A stretch of 64,000 nt of DNA from Leptonemataceae bacterium (GTDB taxonomy: Bacteria; Spirochaetota; Leptospiria; Leptospirales; Leptonemataceae), in contig OZ245742.1 in NCBI GenBank assembly GCA_965227295.1, positions 864,001 to 928,000 on the forward strand. The letters are read 5' to 3'. The first letter of the stretch is position 1. Every line of letters starts with the position of its first letter. The notes beneath the pieces were generated by a model that saw only the letters and a program-made list of their open reading frames with translations, was not told the DNA's origin and did not search any database. Position numbers and translations under genes: made by a program. Below, piece by piece: positions 50,592-60,913 of the stretch.

Positions 50592-51695
50592 CTACACGAT
50601 CCGCCAGGCGACTTCACCGCCGGCGCGCAACGGAACGAGAACATCCGTACCGAACGGTATCGATTCCGGGACCGGCATGGACTTCTTTTCGAGCGTGATA
50701 CTGCCTTCGTTCACCGGCAATCCGTAAAACGCCGGCCCACGACGCGACGCAAAGTCTTCCAGGCGATCCAGTGCCCCGGCCTCGTCGAAGACCTCCGCAT
50801 AAAACTCAATCCCCGCGTGAGCACTGTAGATGCCGGCGCAGCCACACGCGGTTTCTTTGGCCTCCCGGCCGTGGGGCGCGCTGTCGGTTCCGAGAAAAAA
50901 ATCCGGGGCATCGGCGGTGGCGGCGGCCACGAGGGCCTGGCGATGTTCCTCGCGTTTCAGGACAGGCAAACAGAAGTGATGGGGGCGCAGGCCGCCGGTG
51001 AACAAGGCGTTGCGATTCATTAACAGGTGCTGCGGCGTTACGGTACCTGCGACGTTGGCCCCGCTCTGCTGCACAAAGGCCGCCCCTTCTTTGGTGGTGA
51101 CGTGTTCCAGGACAAGCTTGAGTCCGGGAAACTTCTTCACGATGGGGGCGAGATTCTGCTCCACAAAAACCTTCTCGCGATCAAAGACGTCCACGCTGGC
51201 GTCGGTCACCTCACCGTGGACCTGAAGGACCAGGCCCTCTTTTTCCATGGCCTCGAAAATCGGATACAGGGATTCCAAAGACGAGACGCCGGCCTCGGAG
51301 TTCGTCGTCGCGCCCGCCGGATACAACTTTACGCCGTGCACAAAGTCGCTCTTCGCGGCCCGTTTTATCTCCGCCGCCGTGATTTCGTTCGTAAGGTACA
51401 GTGTCATCAACGGTTCAAAGCCCGGGACTGTGTCGCTGCTCTGGCCCTTGCCGGACTTTTTTTTGGGCGGCGGCGCGGCCGTGGCTTCCAGGGCCTCGAA
51501 GATACGCGCCCGATAGGCTTCGGCTTCGGCGACGGTACGCACCGGCGGTTTGAGGTTCGGCATGATGATGGCCCGGCCGAAGCGCCGCGCGGTATCCGGA
51601 ATCACGGCGCGCAACGCATCGCCGTCACGGAGATGCAAATGCCAGTCGTCGGGTTGTATGATGGTAATGCGTTGTGGTTTTTCGGAAGATGCCAT
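50592..51695 (-). CDS. pyrC: Dihydroorotase (E. coli-type, class II)
   Basis: [27 protein letters not shown] and GTDSAPH motifs. Confidence 0.95.
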   Translation of the reverse strand: MASSEKPQRITIIQPDDWHLHLRDGDALRAVIPDTARRFGRAIIMPNLKPPVRTVAEAEAYRARIFEALEATAAPPPKKKSGKGQSSDTVPGFEPLMTLYLTNEITAAEIKRAAKSDFVHGVKLYPAGATTNSEAGVSSLESLYPIFEAMEKEGLVLQVHGEVTDASVDVFDREKVFVEQNLAPIVKKFPGLKLVLEHVTTKEGAAFVQQSGANVAGTVTPQHLLMNRNALFTGGLRPHHFCLPVLKREEHRQALVAAATADAPDFFLGTDSAPHGREAKETACGCAGIYSAHAGIEFYAEVFDEAGALDRLEDFASRRGPAFYGLPVNEGSITLEKKSMPVPESIPFGTDVLVPLRAGGEVAWRIV

Positions 51696-51723
51696 AACCT
51701 GCTCCGGCGACAACTCAGCCGCC

Positions 51724-52395
51724 TCAGTAATTTGAAAGGTACGCCCCCGGCTGCAGGCCCAGGGCCAGCACGGCGGTCTTCACCGCCTCACCGTAGGGTT
51801 TTGAGCCGATCCAGTACGCCGTGCAGCGACTGAGATCCGGCTTATGTTTTGCAAGTTGGTCGACGACATTGCCGGTACTTGCGTCCCCCGCGTCATCCAG
51901 GCACTCGTAGATCCGCACGCCGTCTTCTCGCCACGCGGGATACTCGCCGGCGAACGGCAGGCCCTCCCGACGGAAGGAACTCTGCCAGAGCGTAACCGTA
52001 CTGCCGGACCAATCGCCGTCGAGATGCGTCTGGATCAACGCGCGGAGCGGTGCAATGCCCGATCCCATGGCGAAGAGATGCAGCGGCGTCTGCGCGTCCG
52101 CGGGCCGGGGGAAGCCCTTGCCCTGAGCCACCCCGCAGGAAAACTGCGCCCCGGGTTGCGCCGCGCAGAGCTTCGCCGCCAGGTCTCCCCCATTCTTAAT
52201 GAGCAGTTCGATGCCGTCCTGCCCCGGGCGATTGGCAATGGCGAAAAAACCCTCGGCACCGCCTTCATCGGTAATCACCAGGAACTGGCCCGGAGTATGA
52301 TAGCTTTCGAGTAACTCCGGTTCCGCGGCGCACACCAGATGGAACAGGTTTTCCCCGGACTCACGGACGCTCCGAACTTCCAGGCTAAGGCTCAT
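51724..52395 (-). CDS. FNR-like FAD/NAD(P)-binding oxidoreductase
   Basis: [23 protein letters not shown] and C-terminal NY. Confidence 0.8.
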   Translation of the reverse strand: MSLSLEVRSVRESGENLFHLVCAAEPELLESYHTPGQFLVITDEGGAEGFFAIANRPGQDGIELLIKNGGDLAAKLCAAQPGAQFSCGVAQGKGFPRPADAQTPLHLFAMGSGIAPLRALIQTHLDGDWSGSTVTLWQSSFRREGLPFAGEYPAWREDGVRIYECLDDAGDASTGNVVDQLAKHKPDLSRCTAYWIGSKPYGEAVKTAVLALGLQPGAYLSNY

Positions 52396-53300
52396 TTCTT
52401 ACGGTCTCCGGCTCCCCTGGTCTTAGCTTTCGTGGAAGGTTTCTTAGCGCTGCGCCGGGTCGGCGGCCTGGCCGCCCTGCGGGGCGCCGGCTTCAACGAC
52501 GGCGCGGGATTTTGTGGACTGCCGTAGTAGGGCGTTTCCAGGAAGTTGTCGTCGCCGGAGAGGCAGTCCAGGAAGGATCCGTCCGCGCGCTCCGTACGCC
52601 GCAACTGATAAAACGACCCCCAGGCCAGCGTGGGGAAGAGTCGCGCCAGGGGGCGTGCCAGTCCCTCGGGAAACGGATAAAAGTTCGAGCCGCCGAATCT
52701 TTCTAAACGAAAAAAGCCGCCGGTTTCCGCGAACCGGCGCATGTCCGGCTTCGTAAAGCCGCGCACGTGCGCGCTCATGCTCTGGATCGGCGTGGGCTGT
52801 TGGCCGAACAGCAAAAGCAAACGATTGTGCAGACTGGCCAGGTTCGGCACACCCGCCAGAAAGACCCCGCCAGGCTTGAGGATGCGCGCAACCTCGGCGA
52901 AGATCCAGAAGAGTTCTTTGGTGTGTTCCAGGATTTGATTGGCAATGACTACATCGAAGCGCGCCTCGCCGCCGGGGTAACGATCGCGTTCGATGTCCAG
53001 AGCATACGTGCGAATGCCGGCCTTGCGACAATCGGCCACGTACGGCGGGTAGCTTTCCACACCGTGTAGTTCTACCGGTAGAATGGAACCGGGCCGACGA
53101 TCATCGATTTCGCTGCGCACGTTTTTGAGATCGGTGCCGTGGCCGCAGCCGAGGTCCAGGATCCGGAACGCTCCGGAAGGCACGGTTTGCCGGGACAGTG
53201 CCTCGCCGTGTAAATCGGCACCCCAGTCGCGGATGATCTCCCGGCCGTAATTCAGGTGTTCCGTGCCGGACTTAAGCTTCGTGAAAAAGCTGCGGAGCAT
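52392..53300 (-). CDS. Class I SAM-dependent methyltransferase
   Basis: ILDLGCGHG, FDVV, LEH and RILKPGG motifs. Confidence 0.88.
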   Translation of the reverse strand: MLRSFFTKLKSGTEHLNYGREIIRDWGADLHGEALSRQTVPSGAFRILDLGCGHGTDLKNVRSEIDDRRPGSILPVELHGVESYPPYVADCRKAGIRTYALDIERDRYPGGEARFDVVIANQILEHTKELFWIFAEVARILKPGGVFLAGVPNLASLHNRLLLLFGQQPTPIQSMSAHVRGFTKPDMRRFAETGGFFRLERFGGSNFYPFPEGLARPLARLFPTLAWGSFYQLRRTERADGSFLDCLSGDDNFLETPYYGSPQNPAPSLKPAPRRAARPPTRRSAKKPSTKAKTRGAGDRKK

Positions 53301-53383
53301 GTCCGACGGTGGACCGGCGCGGCAGTACACGACAAGTGATATTTTCCGGTTGTGCTATCGGTAGCGGCGATTCAGTCCGCTGT

Positions 53384-54199
53384 ATGCAGCTACGCGAGAA
53401 GACCGTTCTGATTACCGGGGCATCGGGAGGGATCGGAGAAGCGGCGGCGCACGAACTCGCCCGCGTCGGGGCCCGTCCGGTACTCGTCGCCCGGCGTGCC
53501 GAAGAACTTCGGCGCGTCGCCGCGGCCTTGCAGGAGAGCTACGACATTACGGCGCCCATTTGCGCGGCTGACATTACGCGGGCCGCGGACCGCGAACGCC
53601 TGCGCGACTTCGTCGAAAACGAGGTCGGCCGACTCGACGTACTCGTAAACAATGCCGGCATCACCGCCCACGGCCGTTTCGACGAAAGCGAGCCGGATGT
53701 GCTACGCAGGGCCATGGAGCTGAACTTTTTCGCCGCGGTCGAGTTGACCCGACTGCTTCTGCCGGAACTGAAACGCGCCCCAGGGGATAAGGCGGTCCTG
53801 CTCGTCTCCACTCCCTCCGGACTCTACGGCGTCCCCGGACGCTTTGCGTACTCGGCCAGTAAGGCCGCGGGCCACGTGTGGATGGAAACGCTACGCCTGG
53901 AACTCGCGGACGATCACATACAGTGCAACATCTTTTGTCCCGGGTATACGGCCACCGCTTTGCGCACATCAGGTCTCGCAGCGGACGGAAGCATACTTAA
54001 AGAAGAACAGTCCAAACATGCGAAGAGCCCGGAGCACGCGGCGGTGAAACTCCGGGAAGCATTAGAGAAAAATCGCCGCATTACCCTGACCAATTTACAG
54101 GGGCGGGTCGTCTACTGGCTCCGGACCCTGGCGCCGGGGCTGCTCGAAGGCCTGATGCGAAAAAAATTAAAAAAAGACTTTGAGAAAAAGCGAGTTTAG
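53384..54199 (+). CDS. Short-chain dehydrogenase/reductase
   Basis: TGASGGIG, NNAG and YSASK motifs. Confidence 0.92.
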   Translation: MQLREKTVLITGASGGIGEAAAHELARVGARPVLVARRAEELRRVAAALQESYDITAPICAADITRAADRERLRDFVENEVGRLDVLVNNAGITAHGRFDESEPDVLRRAMELNFFAAVELTRLLLPELKRAPGDKAVLLVSTPSGLYGVPGRFAYSASKAAGHVWMETLRLELADDHIQCNIFCPGYTATALRTSGLAADGSILKEEQSKHAKSPEHAAVKLREALEKNRRITLTNLQGRVVYWLRTLAPGLLEGLMRKKLKKDFEKKRV

Positions 54200-54225
54200 G
54201 TCAAGCTCATAGACCGCTACTGCCT

Positions 54226-55494
54226 ATGAGTTCGGACCCCTCTGCGTTCATACCGCCCGGTTTTAATCTTCCCGTCGCCTGGCTACTGGACGCGTCGTTC
54301 CCGCTGCTGCTCAAGCAGATCATGAACATTGACGAAGTCGTCCTGAAGCAGGCCGACATCGAAATGCTGCGCCGACTTTCCGAAGAACGGCTGTTGTACA
54401 CCTCGAACCACCCGTCGACGGCCGAGCCGCCGGTGGCATACTACGTGGCCATGAAGATGGGCGGGCGCTTTAACTTTATGGCGTCGCGCCAGGTCTTCGA
54501 ATGGGGCTACGGTCTCGTCGGCAAGTTGATACAAAACATCGGTGCTTACTCGGTGGTGCCGGGCACGTCGGATCGTGAGTCGGTAAAGATGTCGCGCAAA
54601 ATTCTGACCAAACCCCGCGGCAAGCTTGTGTTGTATCCGGAAGGCGAACCCACCAGCGGCGAGAACGACAATCTCATGCCGTTCCAGGCCGGCGTCGCCC
54701 AGCTCGGCTACTGGGCCCTGGAAGATCTGCGCAAGGCCGAACCGGAGGCGGACATCAAAATCCTGTGTTCGTTCGTAAAGTACGTCATGAGCGGGACCGA
54801 CGCGAGCATCAAAGCGGAGCTGCACGCTTCGTTAAAAAAAATCGAGCGCCGCTTTCGCATCGACCCGGGCAACAAGAATCTGCTGCGTCGTTTTTTAACC
54901 GTCGGCCGGGTCATCTTAGAGGAAGCCGAGGCGAAGTACCGCGTGCCCATGGCTTCGAAAGATGACTTCGATTATCGTGTGGGCCGCGTGCGCCACGCCA
55001 TCCTGGACCAGGTGGCCGAACGATTGAGCGTGCACAACTACAACATTCGCGACGACGCCATCTTTAAACTGCGACAGTTGCTCTCGGTCCTGGAAATGGT
55101 CGCCCTGGGAATGAAGGACCCGCGCGTCCCCGACATCGATCAAAAGACCTACGACTGGGCCATGACCGAGTGCATGAAGGCTTACGGTTTCATAGCGATC
55201 AGCACCGGCTACCTGGTGAGCCGGCCCACACCGGAGCGTTTCTTCGAGTGGCTGTATCGTTACGAGACCTACGCCTTCGGCAGCAGCAAGCCGCGAGCCC
55301 GGAAGGCCCACGTCTTTTTCGCCGAGCCGTTCTCGCTCGCGGATACGTACGCCGACTACAAGAGCAACAAACGCCGCGGAGTGGAAAAACTCACGACGCG
55401 CATCAAGGATCTCACGCAGGATCTCCTCGACAAAAGCCTGGAACTGAGCCAGCCGTTAGTGCGACCGGGGGACATCGATTCTTCGGATATCTGA
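54226..55494 (+). CDS. Phospholipid/glycerol acyltransferase (PlsC-like)
   Basis: NHPSTAEP (HX4E variant), FMASR, LYPEG and PFQAG motifs. Confidence 0.8.
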   Translation: MSSDPSAFIPPGFNLPVAWLLDASFPLLLKQIMNIDEVVLKQADIEMLRRLSEERLLYTSNHPSTAEPPVAYYVAMKMGGRFNFMASRQVFEWGYGLVGKLIQNIGAYSVVPGTSDRESVKMSRKILTKPRGKLVLYPEGEPTSGENDNLMPFQAGVAQLGYWALEDLRKAEPEADIKILCSFVKYVMSGTDASIKAELHASLKKIERRFRIDPGNKNLLRRFLTVGRVILEEAEAKYRVPMASKDDFDYRVGRVRHAILDQVAERLSVHNYNIRDDAIFKLRQLLSVLEMVALGMKDPRVPDIDQKTYDWAMTECMKAYGFIAISTGYLVSRPTPERFFEWLYRYETYAFGSSKPRARKAHVFFAEPFSLADTYADYKSNKRRGVEKLTTRIKDLTQDLLDKSLELSQPLVRPGDIDSSDI

Positions 55495-55526
55495 GGCCAA
55501 CACGGGACCGGCGCACCTGATCACAC

Positions 55527-55565
55527 AAAAAACCCGGGACGCTCACGCGAACCCGGGTTCTTCTT
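55527..55565. terminator. Terminator between convergent genes
   Basis: A6-cccggg...cccgggtt-cttctt; U tract on the minus strand after flaA1. Confidence 0.7.
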
Positions 55566-55584
55566 AATCGATGCGGAACGGAAC

Positions 55585-56685
55585 TTAGTTGCCGCCGCCG
55601 CCACCACCGCCGTTCACGGGCTGGTCGGTGATGTTGTTTTCCTGGTTGAAGCCCTGGGCCTCTTGCGGAGCTTCCTTCGGAGAGCCCGAGCAATCCACAA
55701 GTTCCGGCCAGTGTTCCGGATAACGCGCGTTCTTACGAATGAGTTCGAACAGACGGTTCTTGCGGTTGCAGTCCGCGAAGTCGAAGTCAATCTGCGCACC
55801 GTCGAAGTAAACCTCAAAGATGTCGGTCAGAACGCGGAGCTCGTCAAAGAAGACGTAGACCGTTTCCAGGCTCGTGTTCGGACGCGAACGAATCTTGAAC
55901 TGGCGGAATACCAGGGTTTTCGTCTGCGGGAACGAGGAGATATCCTGAGGAATGTTCGCCGGTACGTCCACGGTCAGCGGACGCCAGCCCACAAAGTCGA
56001 TGGAGCCGTATTTCAGAATGTGCGTATCGCCGCGCCAGTCTTCAACCCAGGCTTCGAGATCGTATTCGTTGCCGCGGCCCATAACCCACACGGAAATCTT
56101 CTTCACGGTGCCGGGCATGTCGATGCCGTTGACGCAGTCGATCATCACCGGACGTGAGGTGTCCGCGTATTCAGAGCGGGTTTGATCGTCGTAGCACTGA
56201 ATGGTCGTGCCGCCGCGCAATGCCACCTCGTTGAGGTGCGGGCGCGGACGTTCTACCGTGTAGTGATCCACGGGCGGCGGACGCAGGGTCACAACGTTGT
56301 ATCCCGGAAACGTAAAGGAGAACTTCACGCCGAGGATGCGGGCGCGGGGATAGTTCTGGTTATAGACGATATCTCGCGGTGAGCCGGCGATGAGTTTCAC
56401 CTCACGTTCGGCCTGGAGCGAAGACGCCTTGTACTGATACTCCCCCTGAACCTTGTTGTCCTTGTCGGTGAGTACCTGCCAGCCGTATCCGCCGCCGGAA
56501 TAGTCGCGGTCCCAACTTTCGATGGTAATCGCGCGCAGTTCCTCGGAAGCGACGTCGCTGCCGATGGCCGTTTCCACCTGGGCGCGGATCGTTTCGCTCT
56601 GACCGAGCATCACGAACGCCGCCGCGGCGACTCCGGCGAGAGCCGGAGTAAGCTTGTGATAGATGTTTGCAATCATGGGTTTCAT
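55585..56685 (-). CDS. flaA1: Endoflagellar filament sheath protein FlaA1
   Basis: Signal peptide; [24 protein letters not shown] and FFDELRV FlaA motifs; second and longer gene of the pair, as in Leptospira. Confidence 0.85.
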   Translation of the reverse strand: MKPMIANIYHKLTPALAGVAAAAFVMLGQSETIRAQVETAIGSDVASEELRAITIESWDRDYSGGGYGWQVLTDKDNKVQGEYQYKASSLQAEREVKLIAGSPRDIVYNQNYPRARILGVKFSFTFPGYNVVTLRPPPVDHYTVERPRPHLNEVALRGGTTIQCYDDQTRSEYADTSRPVMIDCVNGIDMPGTVKKISVWVMGRGNEYDLEAWVEDWRGDTHILKYGSIDFVGWRPLTVDVPANIPQDISSFPQTKTLVFRQFKIRSRPNTSLETVYVFFDELRVLTDIFEVYFDGAQIDFDFADCNRKNRLFELIRKNARYPEHWPELVDCSGSPKEAPQEAQGFNQENNITDQPVNGGGGGGGN

Positions 56686-56708
56686 CCTGTGTTCCCTCTC
56701 TTCTGGGC

Positions 56709-57479
56709 TTACCAGTTATCCCGAATTTCGGAGCCCGGATACTGCTGCTCGCTGCGGTCGATGAGCGCCTTCAGGCCGTCCACGTAAAAGTAGAACGTTC
56801 CGCCGACTTCATGGACGTCGCTCTGCACGAAGAGCGAGACGAAGTGCAGGTTCTTATCGAGGAGCGAGTAACGCGTGCTCTGGGGGAGCCAGCCGGGCAC
56901 GGTTACGGTCAGCTTGCGCCAGCCGAAGAAATCCAGTCGGCCCATGCGGAGCTTGTGCACGCGTCCGCGATAGTCGCGCAGCTTAATGTACAGCGTATGC
57001 CGAAACTTGCGTCCCAGGACCCACACCGAAAACTGGCGAGCCTTGCCCTTGATGACGTACTCGTGCGGCGGAGAAATCTCCACCCGGTCGAAACCGCGAT
57101 CGCCGAAGTAGGTCTTCACCCCGAGAATGTGGTTTGGATTGTCCGGCTGCTGGTTGACGGAGTAGGCCTCGCCTTCCGGCGGACGGGCGTTCTCATCGTC
57201 CGTAGCCCGGATTTCACCGCGCTGCACGATCTTGAGGGTTTTGGTATCCCCCAGCGGGCTCGTGGCATCGGCGATCCAGTCTTCGGACTCTTCAAAGTCG
57301 TCCAGCGTCTCCAGATACAGCGCCTGTCCGCCGATTTCCAGCGTCGGCTGTTCCTGGGCGCCGTTGGCCGACGGATCGGCCTGGCCTCCCTGGCCACCCT
57401 GATCTCCACCGGGCTGCTGTGCCAGCAGCGGCGCCGCAAATAATACCAGAACCATTATGGCGATTCGTTTGAGGTTCAT
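56709..57479 (-). CDS. flaA2: Endoflagellar filament sheath protein FlaA2
   Basis: Signal peptide; [27 protein letters not shown] and YFYVD motifs. Confidence 0.87.
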   Translation of the reverse strand: MNLKRIAIMVLVLFAAPLLAQQPGGDQGGQGGQADPSANGAQEQPTLEIGGQALYLETLDDFEESEDWIADATSPLGDTKTLKIVQRGEIRATDDENARPPEGEAYSVNQQPDNPNHILGVKTYFGDRGFDRVEISPPHEYVIKGKARQFSVWVLGRKFRHTLYIKLRDYRGRVHKLRMGRLDFFGWRKLTVTVPGWLPQSTRYSLLDKNLHFVSLFVQSDVHEVGGTFYFYVDGLKALIDRSEQQYPGSEIRDNW

Positions 57480-57575
57480 CTTCCCTGCTCCCAAGGGTAC
57501 TTTGTACATCATCCCTGATTTTCTTGCAAGAGATCCCCTGATCTCCGGCCGGCCCGGCATCCCGGGTCTTTGAAT

Positions 57576-57603
57576 ATATCGGCCGTACGCAGGACGATCT
57601 TTG
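57576..57603 (-). promoter_or_regulatory. Putative sigma28 (FliA) promoter for flaA2-flaA1
   Basis: CAAA-N16-GCCGATAT about 97 nt upstream of the flaA2 ATG. Confidence 0.6.
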
Positions 57604-57713
57604 CCCCTTATGTTGAGAAATTACGGCATTTTCTGTGCCGGTACTGAGCGGTTATCTGGTTTTTTTCCATCCTGACCGCCCCGGATCAAGGGGTAGGGGA
57701 TCAGGGGATCTTT

Positions 57714-57881
57714 TTTTGGGCGCCCCCGCCGCGGGTCCGCTCTCGGCATCCATACCTCCGCGGACACTTCCAACGTCCTGTTGGTCGCGCGGCGGTCGGG
57801 CTGCTCCGGGCTCGCGCATTCGCGCTCGTTCCTCGCTTCGCTCGGAATTGCGCTTCGCGCAACCCTCCGCATCCCTGGCGC
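57714..57881 (+). repeat. REP/MITE-like multi-hairpin repeat, copy 1
   Basis: Conserved blocks tttgggcgc...gctgctccgggctc...accctccgc.tccctggcgc. Confidence 0.8.
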
Positions 57882-57891
57882 TTGTGATTCA

Positions 57892-58010
57892 CAACTCTTC
57901 GCGCCAGGGACGTGCAGGGTGGCCGAAGGCCAGTCTCGGCCGCAGGCCGAGACCGCAGCGATAGCGGAGCCCGGAGCAGCGCGGTCGCCGCAGGCGACGC
58001 GCCCACAAAA
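57892..58010 (-). repeat. REP/MITE-like multi-hairpin repeat, copy 2 (inverted to copy 1)
   Basis: The reverse complement carries the same blocks plus gcgcgaagagttg shared with copy 3. Confidence 0.8.
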
Positions 58011-58046
58011 GAATCACCTGCCACACCACCCTTAGATTCGGGGCGG

Positions 58047-58952
58047 CTACGATTTCTCCATGCGCTCCACGGTCTCCTTGACCAACGCCGTGAAGTCCTT
58101 CTTCGCTTCGGCCAGGCGTTCGTTTGTACTATTGTAGACATTCTCCCGCGTGCCGAGCAGTTCCGCCACGCCGATGCGGTCCACGACGAACGAATCGAAC
58201 AACAGGTCCTCGTAATTCAGAGCGAGCTTTTTGGACTGCTCCTCGTGCTCGTTCACCATGTGCCCGCCGGCCTGGCGGACGCGGTTGCGCACAATGCCCA
58301 GAAACTTCGGATTCGCCCGGCCGCCGTGTTCTTTGACCTCGGCCTGCATGTTCTGAATGTGCTGGAGAATGAAAGGAATACCGTAGCACGAAATGAAGTC
58401 CGGAATCGTGGGCACCAGGTAGAAGTCGCTCGCGATAATGGCGTTGCCTGAAACGAGATAGATGTTCGGCGGGCAGTCGAAAAGAATGTAATCGTACTTA
58501 CGACGCAGGGTCGTCAACGCGTCGCGGAGAACCAGATAGCGCTGCAACTGGAAGTCCTCGGCCTTCATGGCCCGCGGCTTTTTAGACATAAGCCGCATTT
58601 CGTATTCGGGCAGATCGAGATGCGACGGCAAAAGATCCAGGCCCGGCGTATTGCCCGGCATGGTGTCCCAGCTTCGGTCCAGAGCGTTTTCGATGATCCA
58701 CTCCGGATCCACCGAACTTTCTCCGGAATCGTACCAGGCGCGCACGACGTTGATCACGGAACCCTTGCGTTCCAGCCAGTCGGCCCAGTAGTGCTCGTCG
58801 ACGGTGGAGAGTGACAGCGAACACTGCGGGTCCAGGTCCACCATAAGAACTTTTTTACCGTACAGCGACGCCAGGCCCGCGCCGAGTTGGAGGGTCACCG
58901 TGGTTTTACCCACACCACCCTTATAATTAATGATTGAAATTATCTTCGCCAT
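58047..58952 (-). CDS. Orphan ParA/Soj family ATPase
   Basis: NYKGGVGKTT, DLDPQ and YILFDCPP; real start is ATG 58952 (the track ORF is extended antisense into rfaD). Confidence 0.9.
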   Translation of the reverse strand: MAKIISIINYKGGVGKTTVTLQLGAGLASLYGKKVLMVDLDPQCSLSLSTVDEHYWADWLERKGSVINVVRAWYDSGESSVDPEWIIENALDRSWDTMPGNTPGLDLLPSHLDLPEYEMRLMSKKPRAMKAEDFQLQRYLVLRDALTTLRRKYDYILFDCPPNIYLVSGNAIIASDFYLVPTIPDFISCYGIPFILQHIQNMQAEVKEHGGRANPKFLGIVRNRVRQAGGHMVNEHEEQSKKLALNYEDLLFDSFVVDRIGVAELLGTRENVYNSTNERLAEAKKDFTALVKETVERMEKS

Positions 58953-59048
58953 AGAAAGCCTGAAACCGGCCGCAATTGTTACAGTCTTCTCGCGTGAATA
59001 TCGACGCAAAGTGATTTTTTCGCGACCCGCGGCCGGGAGCTTTTCAGT

Positions 59049-60038
59049 ATGATCATTCTCACCGGAGCAGCCGGTCTCATCGGCAGCGCCGTCGCCCGCG
59101 AACTCAACCGCCGCGGTCGAGACGACCTGGTCCTGGTAGATCACCTGGGCCTGAGCGATAAGTGGATGAACCTCCGCTCGCTCTCCTACCTCGATTACTT
59201 CGAGAAAGACGCGTTTCTGCGCATCGCCCACGACGGCCGCCTTCCCGGCGACCTCGGCAACCGCGGCATTGACGCCATCATTCATCTGGGCGCGAACTCC
59301 GCCACTACCGAACGCGACGCCACGTATCTCGTCGAAAACAACTATCGCTACTCGGTCGCCCTGGCCGAACTCGCGGCCGCGCGACGCATTCGTTTTGTGT
59401 ACGCCTCGTCCGCGGCGACCTACGGCGACGGCGACAACGGCTTCGACGACGACCCGGAAAAAATGTACGAACTGCGTCCGCTGAACATGTACGGCTACTC
59501 CAAGCAGATGTTCGATCTCTGGTTGCGCCGTCGGAACTTCATGCCCCTCTGCGCGGGCCTGAAGTACTTCAACGTCTACGGTCCCAACGAGTACCACAAG
59601 GGCGAGATGCGGTCCCTTGTGCACAAGGCCTTCGGACAAATCGTCGAGACGGGCAAGTTAAAGCTGTTTAAGTCTCACCGCCCCGACTACGAAGACGGCA
59701 AACAGATGCGCGACTTTCTCTACGTCGAAGACGCCGCCAGGATGACCGCGCACTTCGCCCTCGACAACACCACGGCCGTCGGCGTCTTCAACTGCGGCTC
59801 CGGTGAAGCGAATACCTGGCTGACGTTGGCCGAGGCCATCTTCAAAGCCATGGATCGCGAGCCGAACGTCGAGTTCATCGACATGCCGGATCATCTCCGC
59901 GACCGCTACCAGTACTACACCTGTGCGCCCATTGATCGTTTGCGAAACACCGGCTACAGCGAACCGATCACCCCGCTGGCCGACGCCGTGGGTGATTACG
60001 TGAAGAACTACCTGCTGCAGGATGAACGCCGGGCTTAA
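59049..60038 (+). CDS. rfaD: ADP-L-glycero-D-manno-heptose-6-epimerase
   Basis: TGAAGLIGS, YASSAATYG, PLNMYGYSK, YFNVYGPNEYHKG and YQYYT motifs. Confidence 0.93.
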   Translation: MIILTGAAGLIGSAVARELNRRGRDDLVLVDHLGLSDKWMNLRSLSYLDYFEKDAFLRIAHDGRLPGDLGNRGIDAIIHLGANSATTERDATYLVENNYRYSVALAELAAARRIRFVYASSAATYGDGDNGFDDDPEKMYELRPLNMYGYSKQMFDLWLRRRNFMPLCAGLKYFNVYGPNEYHKGEMRSLVHKAFGQIVETGKLKLFKSHRPDYEDGKQMRDFLYVEDAARMTAHFALDNTTAVGVFNCGSGEANTWLTLAEAIFKAMDREPNVEFIDMPDHLRDRYQYYTCAPIDRLRNTGYSEPITPLADAVGDYVKNYLLQDERRA

Positions 60039-60096
60039 CTTGTGATTCGCGGCACTTAGCAGATTGAGTTTGCCGTGAGAAGAATGAGGCAGTACC

Positions 60097-60217
60097 TTTT
60101 TGGGCGCCCCCGCCGCCTTCGGCGTCGGTCGGGCTGCTCCGGGCTCCGCTACCGCTTCGGTCTCGCCTTCGGCGAGACTCGCTTCGCGACCCTCCGCGTC
60201 CCTGGCGCGAAGAGTTG
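60097..60217 (+). repeat. REP/MITE-like multi-hairpin repeat, copy 3
   Basis: Same conserved blocks as copies 1 and 2 with different hairpin arms. Confidence 0.8.
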
Positions 60218-60300
60218 CATCCGATCATAGCCGGCCTGCTGACCAGATACGGCCACCCTCCCCATCTTCTCTCGGTACCTCGGTCCTCGGAGTCTATCCC

Positions 60301-60912
60301 CTACCCGACATCGTCGTCATACAACTCGGGGAAGTAATGCGCGAGCACCGCGTCTTCGCGATCCCTTAACTGCTCGTCGGCGCGTTCTACGCCTTCCAGG
60401 AAATCCGCCTGGATGAACTCGACGGCGGCCTGGGCTTCTTCTACGAGTTCGTCCACCTGGTCTTCGTAGGTCTCGTCCGACTGCCGCTCGATCCACTCGA
60501 TGACGATCTGCAATGTGTACCGGCGCTTGAGGTCCATGAGGTCCGGATGCTGATCCGGCAAAAAGTCCAGGACCTTGAGGTTCACACCTTCATCCTCGTA
60601 GAGTCCGAAGATTTCTTCTTCGAGCGCCCAGAGGTCCTCGAGGATGTCGTCCAGGTCCCGTTCGAGTTGCTCTTCTTCTTCGCCGTGACGTTCGGACTGC
60701 GCCGGGGCGATCTCGTCCAGATTGCGGTGGCGCACGGAGAGCGCGTCCAGGCGGTCGCCGATCTCGTCGAGACGGCGCAGGCGATCCTCATCCTCCCGCG
60801 TCGAGAGGATCAGCGCGTAGAGGTGGAACAGACGCTCCAGCAAATCCGGAAGATCGCCGTCGTCGAAGTGATAGGCCGGGCCGTGCCCGCTGTCGCCGAT
60901 ATCGTCCTGCAT
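60301..60912 (-). CDS. Highly acidic hypothetical protein
   Basis: 203 aa from ATG 60912, 1 nt after the upstream stop; about 30% Asp+Glu by manual count. Confidence 0.75.
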   Translation of the reverse strand: MQDDIGDSGHGPAYHFDDGDLPDLLERLFHLYALILSTREDEDRLRRLDEIGDRLDALSVRHRNLDEIAPAQSERHGEEEEQLERDLDDILEDLWALEEEIFGLYEDEGVNLKVLDFLPDQHPDLMDLKRRYTLQIVIEWIERQSDETYEDQVDELVEEAQAAVEFIQADFLEGVERADEQLRDREDAVLAHYFPELYDDDVG

Positions 60913-60913
60913 G

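Noticed and set aside
58953-59639. N-terminal extension of the 530-aa ParA ORF
   Set aside because: It is antisense to rfaD; ParA motifs start at ATG 58952.
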